19,060 bases of DNA, from positions 1-19,060 of the forward strand of contig JAFGGO010000072.1 of assembly GCA_016930515.1 (NCBI GenBank), written 5' to 3'. The stretch's first letter is position 1. Every line of letters starts with the position of its first letter. The notes under the pieces are model-generated. The model was not told the DNA's origin. It ran no database searches and saw nothing but the letters and a program-made list of their open reading frames with translations. Origin of the DNA: Promethearchaeota archaeon. GTDB lineage: Archaea; Asgardarchaeota; Lokiarchaeia; Sigyniarchaeales; SOKP01. Positions 1-8,527 of this stretch are shown here, one piece after another. The position numbers were made by a program, and so were the translations under genes.

Positions 1-1
1 A

Positions 2-256
2 GAATTAAAAGAACTTATCAAAAAGGAAAAACGAGAGCTCCAAAAAAAGAAATTTAATATTATAAATAATCTTATTAACGATTTATATAATCATAAAAAT
101 TCACGCGAACATTTCAAGCTCATCTCAAATCAAATCATTCTATTACTTACTTTAACAAACCAGAAAAGGGGTTTTGATCTCTTCTTTGATGATAACGAAA
201 AAGAAGAATTTGAAGATAAAGAAATTTTAAAAAATATGCTCAAAAACGAGCTTTAA
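2..256 (+). CDS. 3' end of a hypothetical protein running in from the left edge (partial)
   Basis: Frame from base 2 is open for 84 codons (ELKELIKKEKRELQKKKFNIINNL...EFEDKEILKNMLKNEL) to TAA at 254-256, convergent with thi4. Not in the ORF track because it lacks a start. Confidence 0.7.
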   Translation, partial: ELKELIKKEKRELQKKKFNIINNLINDLYNHKNSREHFKLISNQIILLLTLTNQKRGFDLFFDDNEKEEFEDKEILKNMLKNEL

Positions 257-272
257 AAATGGATTTTATCAA

Positions 273-1055
273 CTAACCGAGTAACTTTTCCTTGATCAAT
301 GTCGATACTTTCTTTCCAGAAAGCAACATTCCACCAAAAATGGGACCCATTCGTTGTCCTCCCGAACACGCGTTTGCGGCCATGCCTGCAACATATAATC
401 CCGGATAAATTTCTTTTGTGGTTTCTAAAAGAATTTTTTCTCCGATCTCTGCGTTCATTGGCAGTTCGCCCATGATGTTTCCTGTTGAGGTGTTTAATTT
501 GGAATTTGGTATTTTTCTCAAAACGGTTTTTACAACTTCCACATCGTGACCCGTTGCGTCTATCACGCAATTGCTTTTAAAAGTGACTGGATCCACATGC
601 AATTTAGCCATTTCTACAGCCGTCCAGTTAACCACGACCCCTTTAACTTCCATTTTCTCGTTAATCTTGACGTCTTCAACTGATATCAGGTTAAAGATTT
701 TTGCTCCAGCGTCAATTGCGCCTGCCGTTAATTTTGCTACGGTTTCTATAGCGTCAGCCACGTAGTAATTTGGTTCGAATTGTTCGAGTTTTATTTTGTA
801 TTCGTCCAAGATTGGTCTTCCGTCGTCCTGTACAACGATTTTATTGAACATGATACCACCACCCAGCATCCCCCCTCCAAAAGAAAGTTTTCTTTCAAAG
901 AGTACCGTTTTAAGCCCGCTTTGTGCCAGATATTTAGCCGCTACTAACCCTGCGGGTCCTGCGCCTGCGATAATAACATCAACCTTAAGATGATCCACAA
1001 AATCTTTAGTATAAGACTCGATGATAGCTCTAGTTATAATGGTTTCGTCTAACAT
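273..1055 (-). CDS. thi4: Sulfide-dependent adenosine diphosphate thiazole synthase (Thi4, non-Cys type)
   Basis: 260 aa; DVIIAGAGPAGL dinucleotide-binding motif, FERKLSFGGG, LHVDP (His where suicide Thi4 has Cys), DATGHD, RMGPIFGGMLLSG signature. Confidence 0.95.
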   Translation of the reverse strand: MLDETIITRAIIESYTKDFVDHLKVDVIIAGAGPAGLVAAKYLAQSGLKTVLFERKLSFGGGMLGGGIMFNKIVVQDDGRPILDEYKIKLEQFEPNYYVADAIETVAKLTAGAIDAGAKIFNLISVEDVKINEKMEVKGVVVNWTAVEMAKLHVDPVTFKSNCVIDATGHDVEVVKTVLRKIPNSKLNTSTGNIMGELPMNAEIGEKILLETTKEIYPGLYVAGMAANACSGGQRMGPIFGGMLLSGKKVSTLIKEKLLG

Positions 1056-1168
1056 ATTATATCGGTTTTTTTTTGAATAGATTTATTGCTTTAGTCTTAC
1101 AACCCATATAAACCCAATTACCATGAAAAACTATATAATAATCATATATTAATTGGAGAATAAGGCTG

Positions 1169-2560
1169 TTAAAGTGAAGCTTTGTTTTTCTCGTTTCGCA
1201 AGCGAATTGCTTGTATGGCGATTGTTTCAAGTAATCTTTGCTGGTTGGATGTAAGCCAAGGACCTTCGCAATCCACAGCTGCATATGGGATTTCTGATCT
1301 ATTTGCAAGGGGACGTATAATGGCTTGGGAATTCATTGCGGGTTGACAATTAAACGAGCCAAGGTTGACAACTCCATCGTATTCGGTATTTTGAATGGAA
1401 TCTAAGTATCTACCGATTATTACAGTTGTTTCCGTGCAACTATTTAAGGTCATGAATTCATGACCTTTAACCAAAATATCTTTAAACTCCGTGCCTGAAT
1501 CAAACAATAAACCCGCTTTTTTCATGGCTTTTCGAAACGACTTGATTTGAGTTTCTATGATGCTAATTTTAGCAAGACTCCGCTTTGCTTTTTCTGCTTC
1601 CTTGATTTCATCATCAGATAGTTCCATTTCGTTGATTAAATCAACATTTAACTGCTGTTCTGGGTGAATTAATCCCTTTTTAAATCCAAATCTAAGCGAA
1701 GGCTCTGATAAGATCAAAGAAATTGTCTCCATAAAATCAACGATTTTAGGCACGACTTCCTTGCTCAGAAAAAACTGTTCAATTGGATAGTAATCGAACA
1801 TCAAGTTTAGACCACCGATAACGATGATTTTTGGTGCTTGTTGAATGGTGGTTTTTCGTGGTATCTTGCTGATTTCTCTTGCCCATTTTATCAATCCCAC
1901 TCTTGGTAGATACTTTCCTTCTTTCATTGCTTCAATGAACTCGTCAGTAATATTTTCGAAGCTCTCCATGGCGGAATCCTTATCTTCTGCGATGCAATAG
2001 AGCGAGTTTCTTGCTTCTTGAAGGTAATTTCCAATCAAGAAGAAAATGCTCTCTTGTGCGATTATTTCGCGTGGAAGGCCTAAAAATTTATTTTTGTAAT
2101 TTGGTGCGATGTAATTTATTGTGTTTTTGGCGTTTAAGCGTCTTGAAATGGAATCCCATAATACAGGCCAACCACCATTCTGGCACGGACCGTGTTGGTC
2201 AATTGGGGCTCGATAAATGGTGATTTCGTCCTCGGATCGATCTTCAGAGATATCTTTAACGACCGCACCAACTAGGGCAACTGTTGCAAGGCATTCTCTT
2301 CCCGAACAGGCTTTCCTCCCGTATTGAATGATGGAAGCATCTGTTCTTGGAGCAATACGTAAGTTTATATTGTGATTTTTGTATAGGTCTAGAACGAGTC
2401 GGCTTCCATAAGTATCCCGAGCCTCGGGAAGGACATGAGCGATTCTTGGATCGTCTAAAAATACTTGATTTCCATCGCTATCCATGATATATTCGTAATC
2501 CTCTGAAAAATGGCACTGTTGGTTCGTTAATTTTTGTTTTTCTATTACTTTTTCCATCAT
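1169..2560 (-). CDS. Partner subunit of CoA-substrate activase system (2-hydroxyacyl-CoA dehydratase-related, COG3581-like)
   Basis: 463 aa; Cys motifs CSGREC, HGPCQNG and GVVNLGSFNCQP...IPYAAVDCEG typical of the C-terminal part of large activase/dehydratase-like proteins; 3 bp downstream of and in frame with the activase gene. Confidence 0.75.
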   Translation of the reverse strand: MMEKVIEKQKLTNQQCHFSEDYEYIMDSDGNQVFLDDPRIAHVLPEARDTYGSRLVLDLYKNHNINLRIAPRTDASIIQYGRKACSGRECLATVALVGAVVKDISEDRSEDEITIYRAPIDQHGPCQNGGWPVLWDSISRRLNAKNTINYIAPNYKNKFLGLPREIIAQESIFFLIGNYLQEARNSLYCIAEDKDSAMESFENITDEFIEAMKEGKYLPRVGLIKWAREISKIPRKTTIQQAPKIIVIGGLNLMFDYYPIEQFFLSKEVVPKIVDFMETISLILSEPSLRFGFKKGLIHPEQQLNVDLINEMELSDDEIKEAEKAKRSLAKISIIETQIKSFRKAMKKAGLLFDSGTEFKDILVKGHEFMTLNSCTETTVIIGRYLDSIQNTEYDGVVNLGSFNCQPAMNSQAIIRPLANRSEIPYAAVDCEGPWLTSNQQRLLETIAIQAIRLRNEKNKASL

Positions 2561-2563
2561 TTT

Positions 2564-5494
2564 TTACATCACGCTAATATTTTGTGCTAATTTTTTATGT
2601 TGTCCCTCAATAATGTCAAGAAAAGCCTCCACGCGAGTTTCGAATCCCGCATGGGCTGTATGAGAATCGATTTCAAGGTAGCAAAACGTCGATCCTTCGA
2701 GCTCTTGGCGAAAATGGTGGTACATGATGCTATCAGGACCACAGGAAAAGCACGAAATCAGGCAAATGTATAAGTTTGGATCGTCTTGCACATGATAAAT
2801 GGCGTTTTCAATTTTTTGTGTAAAAGTCCACACATTTCTTTCGTGAACATTTTTAGCTACTTTTTGTGGAAGCAAGTCAACGGGAATTGCGTGATAACCA
2901 CGGCTTACAATCTTGCGAGGAAGTGCGAGATTTACCTCCGTAGGATAAATGACATAAGGTCTCCCGCCGATAACTACGGAAGGTTCCCCTTCGATTTCCT
3001 TGATTTTTATGGCTCCTAAGGTGTAATATTCCTCAATAAATTGCCGATAATGTTCTAATGCCGTTTTAGCAGCGTGTTCACCCTTTCTGGGATCAATACC
3101 CACGTTTTCTGCGATTTTAATGAGCTCGTCCATCGTAGTTTCGGAGCTTTCTTCTGAGAGACTAATATGAGGCGATAATATCTTTGTTGAGTGATCATCA
3201 AGGGCGGCTCGCACGATATCTGGGATGCCTGCCGTAGATGGACAAGTATACCCGTGAAGATAACCTGATGGAATATCGAATTCTATCACATAAGGTAAAA
3301 AGATATAATTCACATTTTTTTGTATTAGATCAATGACAGCACTGTATAGAAGTTCGCAAGGGTAACATATTGATCCCATTGATTTTATAGATGCACCTTT
3401 TATAGAATCCGATAGTACCACATTAAAACCAAGCTCGTTAATGAAGCGAGTATAAAAGGGAAATAAACTATGAGATGTAAGGGCCATTGGAATTCCTATT
3501 GTAGGTAATGGCTCATTTTTGTTTTGAGGACCATACTTTTCGTATATTAATTTGTTGCGCCATTCAATAAGATTATTACCTTCATTTATCTTCTTATTTT
3601 TACGCAATAATCTATATTTTGAACAATATCCCCCGAAAGGATAATTTTTACCCCTTATTGTCATGTTTTGGATCTCACAGAGATTATCACAAGCGTTGCA
3701 TCGGAAAGTGTTTTTAACGCTTATCACTCCCTCAAGGAGTTCGTTTAACTTAAAATCACGTTCTGAGGTATCACCATCGCGTAAGAGATCCAAGGTCATT
3801 AAAGCAGTTCCAACGGCTCCCATGAGTTCTGGATGTGGGGGTACGATTACTTTTCTTTGAGAACACGATGCCATTGCCAAACCAACTGCTTTATTTAGGG
3901 CAACTCCTCCAAGGAAGAGGAGATTTTCACCAATATGGCGGGGTCCTATAATTCGAGAAATGTAATTATCTGCGATGGAATATACTAAACCCGCAACAAC
4001 GTCTTCTTGTTTGGCACCTTGTTGAAGAGCGTTTCGTAAATCCGTGTTTATAAAAGCTGCACATCGTTCTCCAAACGCAATGGGTTTATTGCTATGAAGT
4101 GCGATGCTACTGATGTTTTCAACGGCAATTCCCATATCGACAGAAGCAGATTCCTCGAGAAAACTTCCCGTACCAGCAGAGCATCCTTCGTTCATGGCGT
4201 AATCAATAGGAACACCTTTAAGAAAAGATATGAATTTCGAGTCCTGTCCACCAATTTCAAATACGGTATCCACATCCGGTACTTCTTCTGTGGCGGCTCG
4301 TGCGTGAGCAAGAATTTCGTTAAAAATTAAACAATTTTCCAAGTAGACGGATACCATTTCTCGGGCCGAACCAGTTGCGCTACATTGAACAATCTCTATG
4401 GAACGATCTCCTATTTGTTCCATCAAGCTTTGGAGGCACTTTTTCGTTGCCGAAATGGGGTTTCCGAGCGTGCGCAAGTATATTCTCGCCCCAATAGATT
4501 GATCTATTATATTTAGTAATACTGCTTTAGTCGTGGTTGATCCTGCGTCAATTCCCAGTATATACTTTCCTCCTTCTTCTAATGCAATATCCTGTTCTGA
4601 ATTTACTCGATAATCAATTAGCGATTCGAGATTCTTAAGAGGATCGTGCGTTTCAAATTCTATTTTTTTTGGAAGAAACCAATTATTTATGGGCAAGACT
4701 TCTCCATCTGTATCTGAAGCGATTAATGCTGCACCAAACGCCTCTAAAAACGCACTTTCTGGAAGAAGTTTAATATCAGAATTGGGAAGAAAAGATCTCA
4801 AATCCTCAATAAACACCTGATTCAATCCCACTGCCCCAGCAATCACGATTGATTTAGTTGGCCAATCTGCCGTGAGAACCATTTCGCTGACTTTTCTCGC
4901 TAAATCGTGAATTAAGGTTTTTGCTATATCTTGGGGTAAGCATTCTCCCTTGTTAAGTTTATGAGTTGCGTCTGATTTACAATGAACCGAACAACGCGTT
5001 GCGAGTTTCGTGAATGTTCCTTTCTTGCTTTCTTCTATTCCTTGATCAAGCGTTAATCCCATTCTCTGGAGTTGTTGAACAATGAACTCTCCTGTTCCTG
5101 CGGCACATTTCGTAGTGGATATGATGTTTTTTATAACACCATTTTTTATGGGAAAAACGCTGAATGTTTCTCCACCAAGTGAGAGTAACATGTCCGGCTT
5201 GAGATCGTAATATACAAGCGCTTTTTCCAAGCATTCTGCTTCTGAAAAATATGGAAGATTGAAAAAGCTTCTTGTTGCGTGTCCAGTTATAACTAATTTT
5301 GAATTTTCGTTAACTTTATATTTTTCAAATATTTTTTCTATCTTTTCTTTTGGATGCCCCTCGTGTCTTAGGACTTCGCTAAAGATCTTTCCGTCTCTCG
5401 TTTTTCTTACCCATTTGACAGAAACGGTACCTATTTCCAAGCCTTCGAAATATAAGGGATGAATTTCTTCCTTGTTAGCAAGTTTTTGATTCAT
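2564..5494 (-). CDS. Acyl-CoA dehydratase activase: two BadF/BadG/BcrA/BcrD ASKHA ATPase domains plus DUF2229-like domain
   Basis: 976 aa; GLEIGTVSVK and GIDAGSTTTK phosphate-1 loops, LGGETF and EIGGQDSK, KCAAGTG/RCSVHCKSD and NEGCSAGTG/RCAAF Fe-S Cys motifs, CNACDNLC, ICYPC, YTCP, SCFSCGPD, EIDSHTAHAGFETRVEAF. Confidence 0.92.
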   Translation of the reverse strand: MNQKLANKEEIHPLYFEGLEIGTVSVKWVRKTRDGKIFSEVLRHEGHPKEKIEKIFEKYKVNENSKLVITGHATRSFFNLPYFSEAECLEKALVYYDLKPDMLLSLGGETFSVFPIKNGVIKNIISTTKCAAGTGEFIVQQLQRMGLTLDQGIEESKKGTFTKLATRCSVHCKSDATHKLNKGECLPQDIAKTLIHDLARKVSEMVLTADWPTKSIVIAGAVGLNQVFIEDLRSFLPNSDIKLLPESAFLEAFGAALIASDTDGEVLPINNWFLPKKIEFETHDPLKNLESLIDYRVNSEQDIALEEGGKYILGIDAGSTTTKAVLLNIIDQSIGARIYLRTLGNPISATKKCLQSLMEQIGDRSIEIVQCSATGSAREMVSVYLENCLIFNEILAHARAATEEVPDVDTVFEIGGQDSKFISFLKGVPIDYAMNEGCSAGTGSFLEESASVDMGIAVENISSIALHSNKPIAFGERCAAFINTDLRNALQQGAKQEDVVAGLVYSIADNYISRIIGPRHIGENLLFLGGVALNKAVGLAMASCSQRKVIVPPHPELMGAVGTALMTLDLLRDGDTSERDFKLNELLEGVISVKNTFRCNACDNLCEIQNMTIRGKNYPFGGYCSKYRLLRKNKKINEGNNLIEWRNKLIYEKYGPQNKNEPLPTIGIPMALTSHSLFPFYTRFINELGFNVVLSDSIKGASIKSMGSICYPCELLYSAVIDLIQKNVNYIFLPYVIEFDIPSGYLHGYTCPSTAGIPDIVRAALDDHSTKILSPHISLSEESSETTMDELIKIAENVGIDPRKGEHAAKTALEHYRQFIEEYYTLGAIKIKEIEGEPSVVIGGRPYVIYPTEVNLALPRKIVSRGYHAIPVDLLPQKVAKNVHERNVWTFTQKIENAIYHVQDDPNLYICLISCFSCGPDSIMYHHFRQELEGSTFCYLEIDSHTAHAGFETRVEAFLDIIEGQHKKLAQNISVM

Positions 5495-5673
5495 GTTAAC
5501 ACTGTTAAATTTAATTAGAAGTAATGATTTACATTGTTCACTTATAAAGTTAAACGTCAGTATTTTTTTAAGGTTTACGATACTAATACACAGTAGTACT
5601 CCCGTAATATTATAAAATCATGAATATTGATTTTAAAGGTGACTTGGATTTTATATACTTCATAATAAGAATA

Positions 5674-5693
5674 AACAAAAAATAAAAAAAAAA
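5674..5693 (-). terminator. Putative archaeal oligo-U terminator for the 5711..6175 gene
   Basis: Plus-strand A-rich run aaacaaaaaataaaaaaaaa, i.e. a T-rich tract on the minus strand about 20-40 nt after the stop codon. Confidence 0.45.
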
Positions 5694-5710
5694 GGAGTTA
5701 TTGATTACAT

Positions 5711-6175
5711 TTAATCTCCTTTAAGAGCTATGGCTAAGATACCGCCAAGAATGCATAAAATTGGATCTACAAAGAACAAGGTGCTATTAAAGGTTAAAGC
5801 CATTGTGCTTCCTCCAGCTGCAGTTAAATCAAGGACACCAACTGGTATGAAAGCTCCGACTAACGCCACGCCACCTGCAATCAAGAGGATAATTCCTCCT
5901 GGCAAACCTTTTTTAAATGCGACAATGGCCCCAACTAAGGCTAGAATTCCTAACACCAGAGTCATGATCAGGTTCAAGTAAAAGAAGGTGGGATCTGCTC
6001 CTAGGGTTGCCCAGGATTCTCCAGAGGAGCTTAGTAAGAATTCAATCGCACCAATACCTAACATGCCTATAACTCCTGCGATAGTCAGCATGATTGCGCC
6101 AATTAACCCAATAACAGCTCCAGCTACTGATTTACCCATTTTTTTATTCACGATTTTTTCTTTGATTAATACCAT
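5711..6175 (-). CDS. Hypothetical integral membrane protein (about 4 Gly/Ala-rich TM helices)
   Basis: 154 aa with four hydrophobic stretches; true start may be the internal Met of MGKSVAG; TATA-like box upstream. Confidence 0.8.
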   Translation of the reverse strand: MVLIKEKIVNKKMGKSVAGAVIGLIGAIMLTIAGVIGMLGIGAIEFLLSSSGESWATLGADPTFFYLNLIMTLVLGILALVGAIVAFKKGLPGGIILLIAGGVALVGAFIPVGVLDLTAAGGSTMALTFNSTLFFVDPILCILGGILAIALKGD

Positions 6176-6216
6176 TTCTTCTTATTGAAATGATACACAA
6201 TAATTAGTATACATTC

Positions 6217-6224
6217 TATATAAA
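6217..6224 (-). promoter_or_regulatory. Putative archaeal TATA box
   Basis: TTTATATA on the minus strand about 42-49 nt upstream of the ATG at 6175. Confidence 0.4.
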
Positions 6225-6263
6225 TGTTAAAAGATCAAATCTGACATTATTATCAATAAATGG

Positions 6264-6827
6264 TTAAGAATTCATTACTTCCTTAATCTCAGATTGGATT
6301 TTCTTGACTCTGCGACGAGCCTTGAGTAAGATTTCTGTCCTACCGTATTTTAAAATCCATTTTTTAAACCTTTCCTCGACGGTAACTTCTTTTTTTCCCG
6401 TCATGTACTTGTCAGCGAGGCAAACTATTTTTTCTTCCATTGTTTCAGGCAAGTAATTCTTTATAGGAAGCCCGACTTCTCGAGCGTCATCTTTATCCAA
6501 GCCTCCGAGAATATGTCGTTCGCAAATCCTTGCTACGCTTTCGGGAAATCCACGTTTTTTCAAAATTTTCCCACCTTCGATACCGTGATCAAAACCATGA
6601 GTTCTAGTTCGTCCTATATCGTGTAATAATGCTCCGATTTCGATTAATTCGATATTTAATTCAATTTTGGATATTTGCTTTGCGATTTCCAAGGCTTTTT
6701 TAGCTACTGCGTGAGAGTGATAACGGATGGAAAAGGGAAGTTTTAAAGTCCTTATGAGATCTAAAGCAATATTCCGATTTGGGATTATGTTAATTTCATC
6801 CATAGTTTTCAAAGAAGCGTGTATCAA
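6264..6827 (-). CDS. HD-domain metal-dependent phosphohydrolase (HDIG / archaeal TIGR00295-like)
   Basis: HSHAV, GALLHDIGR, HGIEG, ICERHI, EEKIVCLAD motifs; start uncertain (TTG at 6827 or the internal ATG of MDEIN). Confidence 0.9.
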   Translation of the reverse strand: MIHASLKTMDEINIIPNRNIALDLIRTLKLPFSIRYHSHAVAKKALEIAKQISKIELNIELIEIGALLHDIGRTRTHGFDHGIEGGKILKKRGFPESVARICERHILGGLDKDDAREVGLPIKNYLPETMEEKIVCLADKYMTGKKEVTVEERFKKWILKYGRTEILLKARRRVKKIQSEIKEVMNS

Positions 6828-6883
6828 TTATCTAAAAATATTAACATTGTATGTATTATGAAGAAAAAATCTTAATTATCTAT

Positions 6884-7375
6884 CTATAAATCCTCGTAAG
6901 GTCCAGATATTAAACCACCGATCAATCCTCCAAATACACCAGCAATTAGAGCAATAAAAATCCCTCCCAATGTGTAAATAAGATTCGTCGTGAATAGTGA
7001 CATTAGATCGACGGCAGCGAGTACACTAAGCAAGATCCATAACAAAAGATCTATTACAACCAAGATCAAGCTCGTGGTAACGCCCCTCTTTCCTCCCTTT
7101 GCAATCGTGCCACATAAATAACCAAGCAGGAGCCAAATCACGAATTGAGGTGCCAAAAAACCTAAAGGCGTCGGTTGACCTGTAAACATGGAAATGGCGT
7201 CGAATCTAAAGTTCGCTTGAAGCATTAACGATAATATAAATATCAAATTTCCTCCAGACGCATGCTGGATTTGCACGATAATCGTTCCAATATTGAAGAT
7301 GTATAATGTAAAAAACGATAGTATGATCGGAATCAAGAGCGCAAAAACCAAGCGATAATCTAATTTAGACGCCAT
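6884..7375 (-). CDS. Hypothetical integral membrane protein
   Basis: 163 aa, 4-5 hydrophobic segments, GxxxG repeats (GVFGGLIGGLISG); divergent from rps2. Confidence 0.8.
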   Translation of the reverse strand: MASKLDYRLVFALLIPIILSFFTLYIFNIGTIIVQIQHASGGNLIFILSLMLQANFRFDAISMFTGQPTPLGFLAPQFVIWLLLGYLCGTIAKGGKRGVTTSLILVVIDLLLWILLSVLAAVDLMSLFTTNLIYTLGGIFIALIAGVFGGLIGGLISGPYEDL

Positions 7376-7524
7376 GATATACTTAAAATTTGTTATTGAT
7401 GATCAATATAAGTGAGATTATTAATTTTAATATATCGATAATGAAAAAACCAAAAATTAATTATTGATCCAAAATTACTCAACCATAATAGCACATAATA
7501 GTACAGCATTTAGGCGATTTTTGC

Positions 7525-8403
7525 TTGGCTAGAAAGAAAAAAAAAACTAAAGAAGAAGAAGTAGACGCTGAAACTGCCGATTCTGACAAAGAGACTGGAG
7601 AAAAACCGTCCAAAAAGAAGAAAAGTCAGGATGCGATGGATATCGAAGATTTCGAAGAAGATTTTGAAGACGATTTGGATCTAGATCTTGAAAAAGAACT
7701 CGAACTTATAGATTCGGAAACCGTTCAAGAGGAAGATAAGATCGTGGATCAAGATGAGCAGATAAAACAACTCTATTTATCCTGCGGTATTCACATAGGA
7801 ACCAAGCTCTTGACGGGCGACGCAAGAAGATTCATATACCGACAAACGAATTACGGTTTGTATGTAATTGATTTAACGCAAACGGCTGAACGATTAGCGG
7901 TTGCTGCAAAATTCCTGAGCAAGTATGTAGAAGAAGGAAGCGATAGAGTAATCGTGTGTTCGGTCAGGAGATACGGTAAAGAACCCGTAAGAAAGTTCTG
8001 CGAAGCCTTAGGGTGCCGTGCGATTACCACACGATGGATCCCTGGAAGTATATCGAATCCTCAAATCGAAACTTACATAAAAGAAGCAGCCGTCATCGTT
8101 ATCGTGGATCCTCACGCAGATAAAGGCATCTTGAAAGAAGCACATCTCGCCCGGATCCCGGTGGTTAGCCTATTCGACACGGACGATACTCTCGCAGGGA
8201 TAGATTTGGCCATTCCCGCAAATAATCGCGGGAAAAAGGCTTTAGGTTTGGCATTTTGGATTCTTGCGAGGGCAATAATGTTAGAGCTTGGAAAGATTTC
8301 GAGCGAAGACGAGTTCCCATATACTCTCGAAGATTTTACCTCCAATATTGTTCCGATGTATCGAGGAGATCAATCACAACAACAAAGAAGCCACTCTTAT
8401 TAA
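7525..8403 (+). CDS. rps2: 30S ribosomal protein uS2 (archaeal type) with long charged N-terminal extension
   Basis: YLSCGIHIGTK, GLYVIDL, RWIPGSISNP, DP...EA...IPVVSLFDTD, IDLAIPANNRGKKALGLAFWILAR are archaeal/eukaryotic uS2 signatures. TTG start is uncertain. Confidence 0.95.
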   Translation: MARKKKKTKEEEVDAETADSDKETGEKPSKKKKSQDAMDIEDFEEDFEDDLDLDLEKELELIDSETVQEEDKIVDQDEQIKQLYLSCGIHIGTKLLTGDARRFIYRQTNYGLYVIDLTQTAERLAVAAKFLSKYVEEGSDRVIVCSVRRYGKEPVRKFCEALGCRAITTRWIPGSISNPQIETYIKEAAVIVIVDPHADKGILKEAHLARIPVVSLFDTDDTLAGIDLAIPANNRGKKALGLAFWILARAIMLELGKISSEDEFPYTLEDFTSNIVPMYRGDQSQQQRSHSY

Positions 8404-8527
8404 TTTTATTTACTACCTCTAATTTTAAAATATACTCATTTCTGTTTTGGTTTATATTAACCATTGTATTTAAAAATGGAGTTAATATTTGAAAAAAATA
8501 GCTTTTATTTTAGAAAAATATAATTTT

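Noticed and set aside
1056-1168. TPP riboswitch or thiamine regulator site upstream of thi4
   Set aside because: No CUGAGA/TPP aptamer core or convincing palindrome; the region is short and AT-rich.
2561-2566. Selenocysteine/pyrrolysine recoding at the in-frame stops (also 18043-18045)
   Set aside because: Both stops are TAA, not TGA or TAG, and each is followed closely by a usable start codon.
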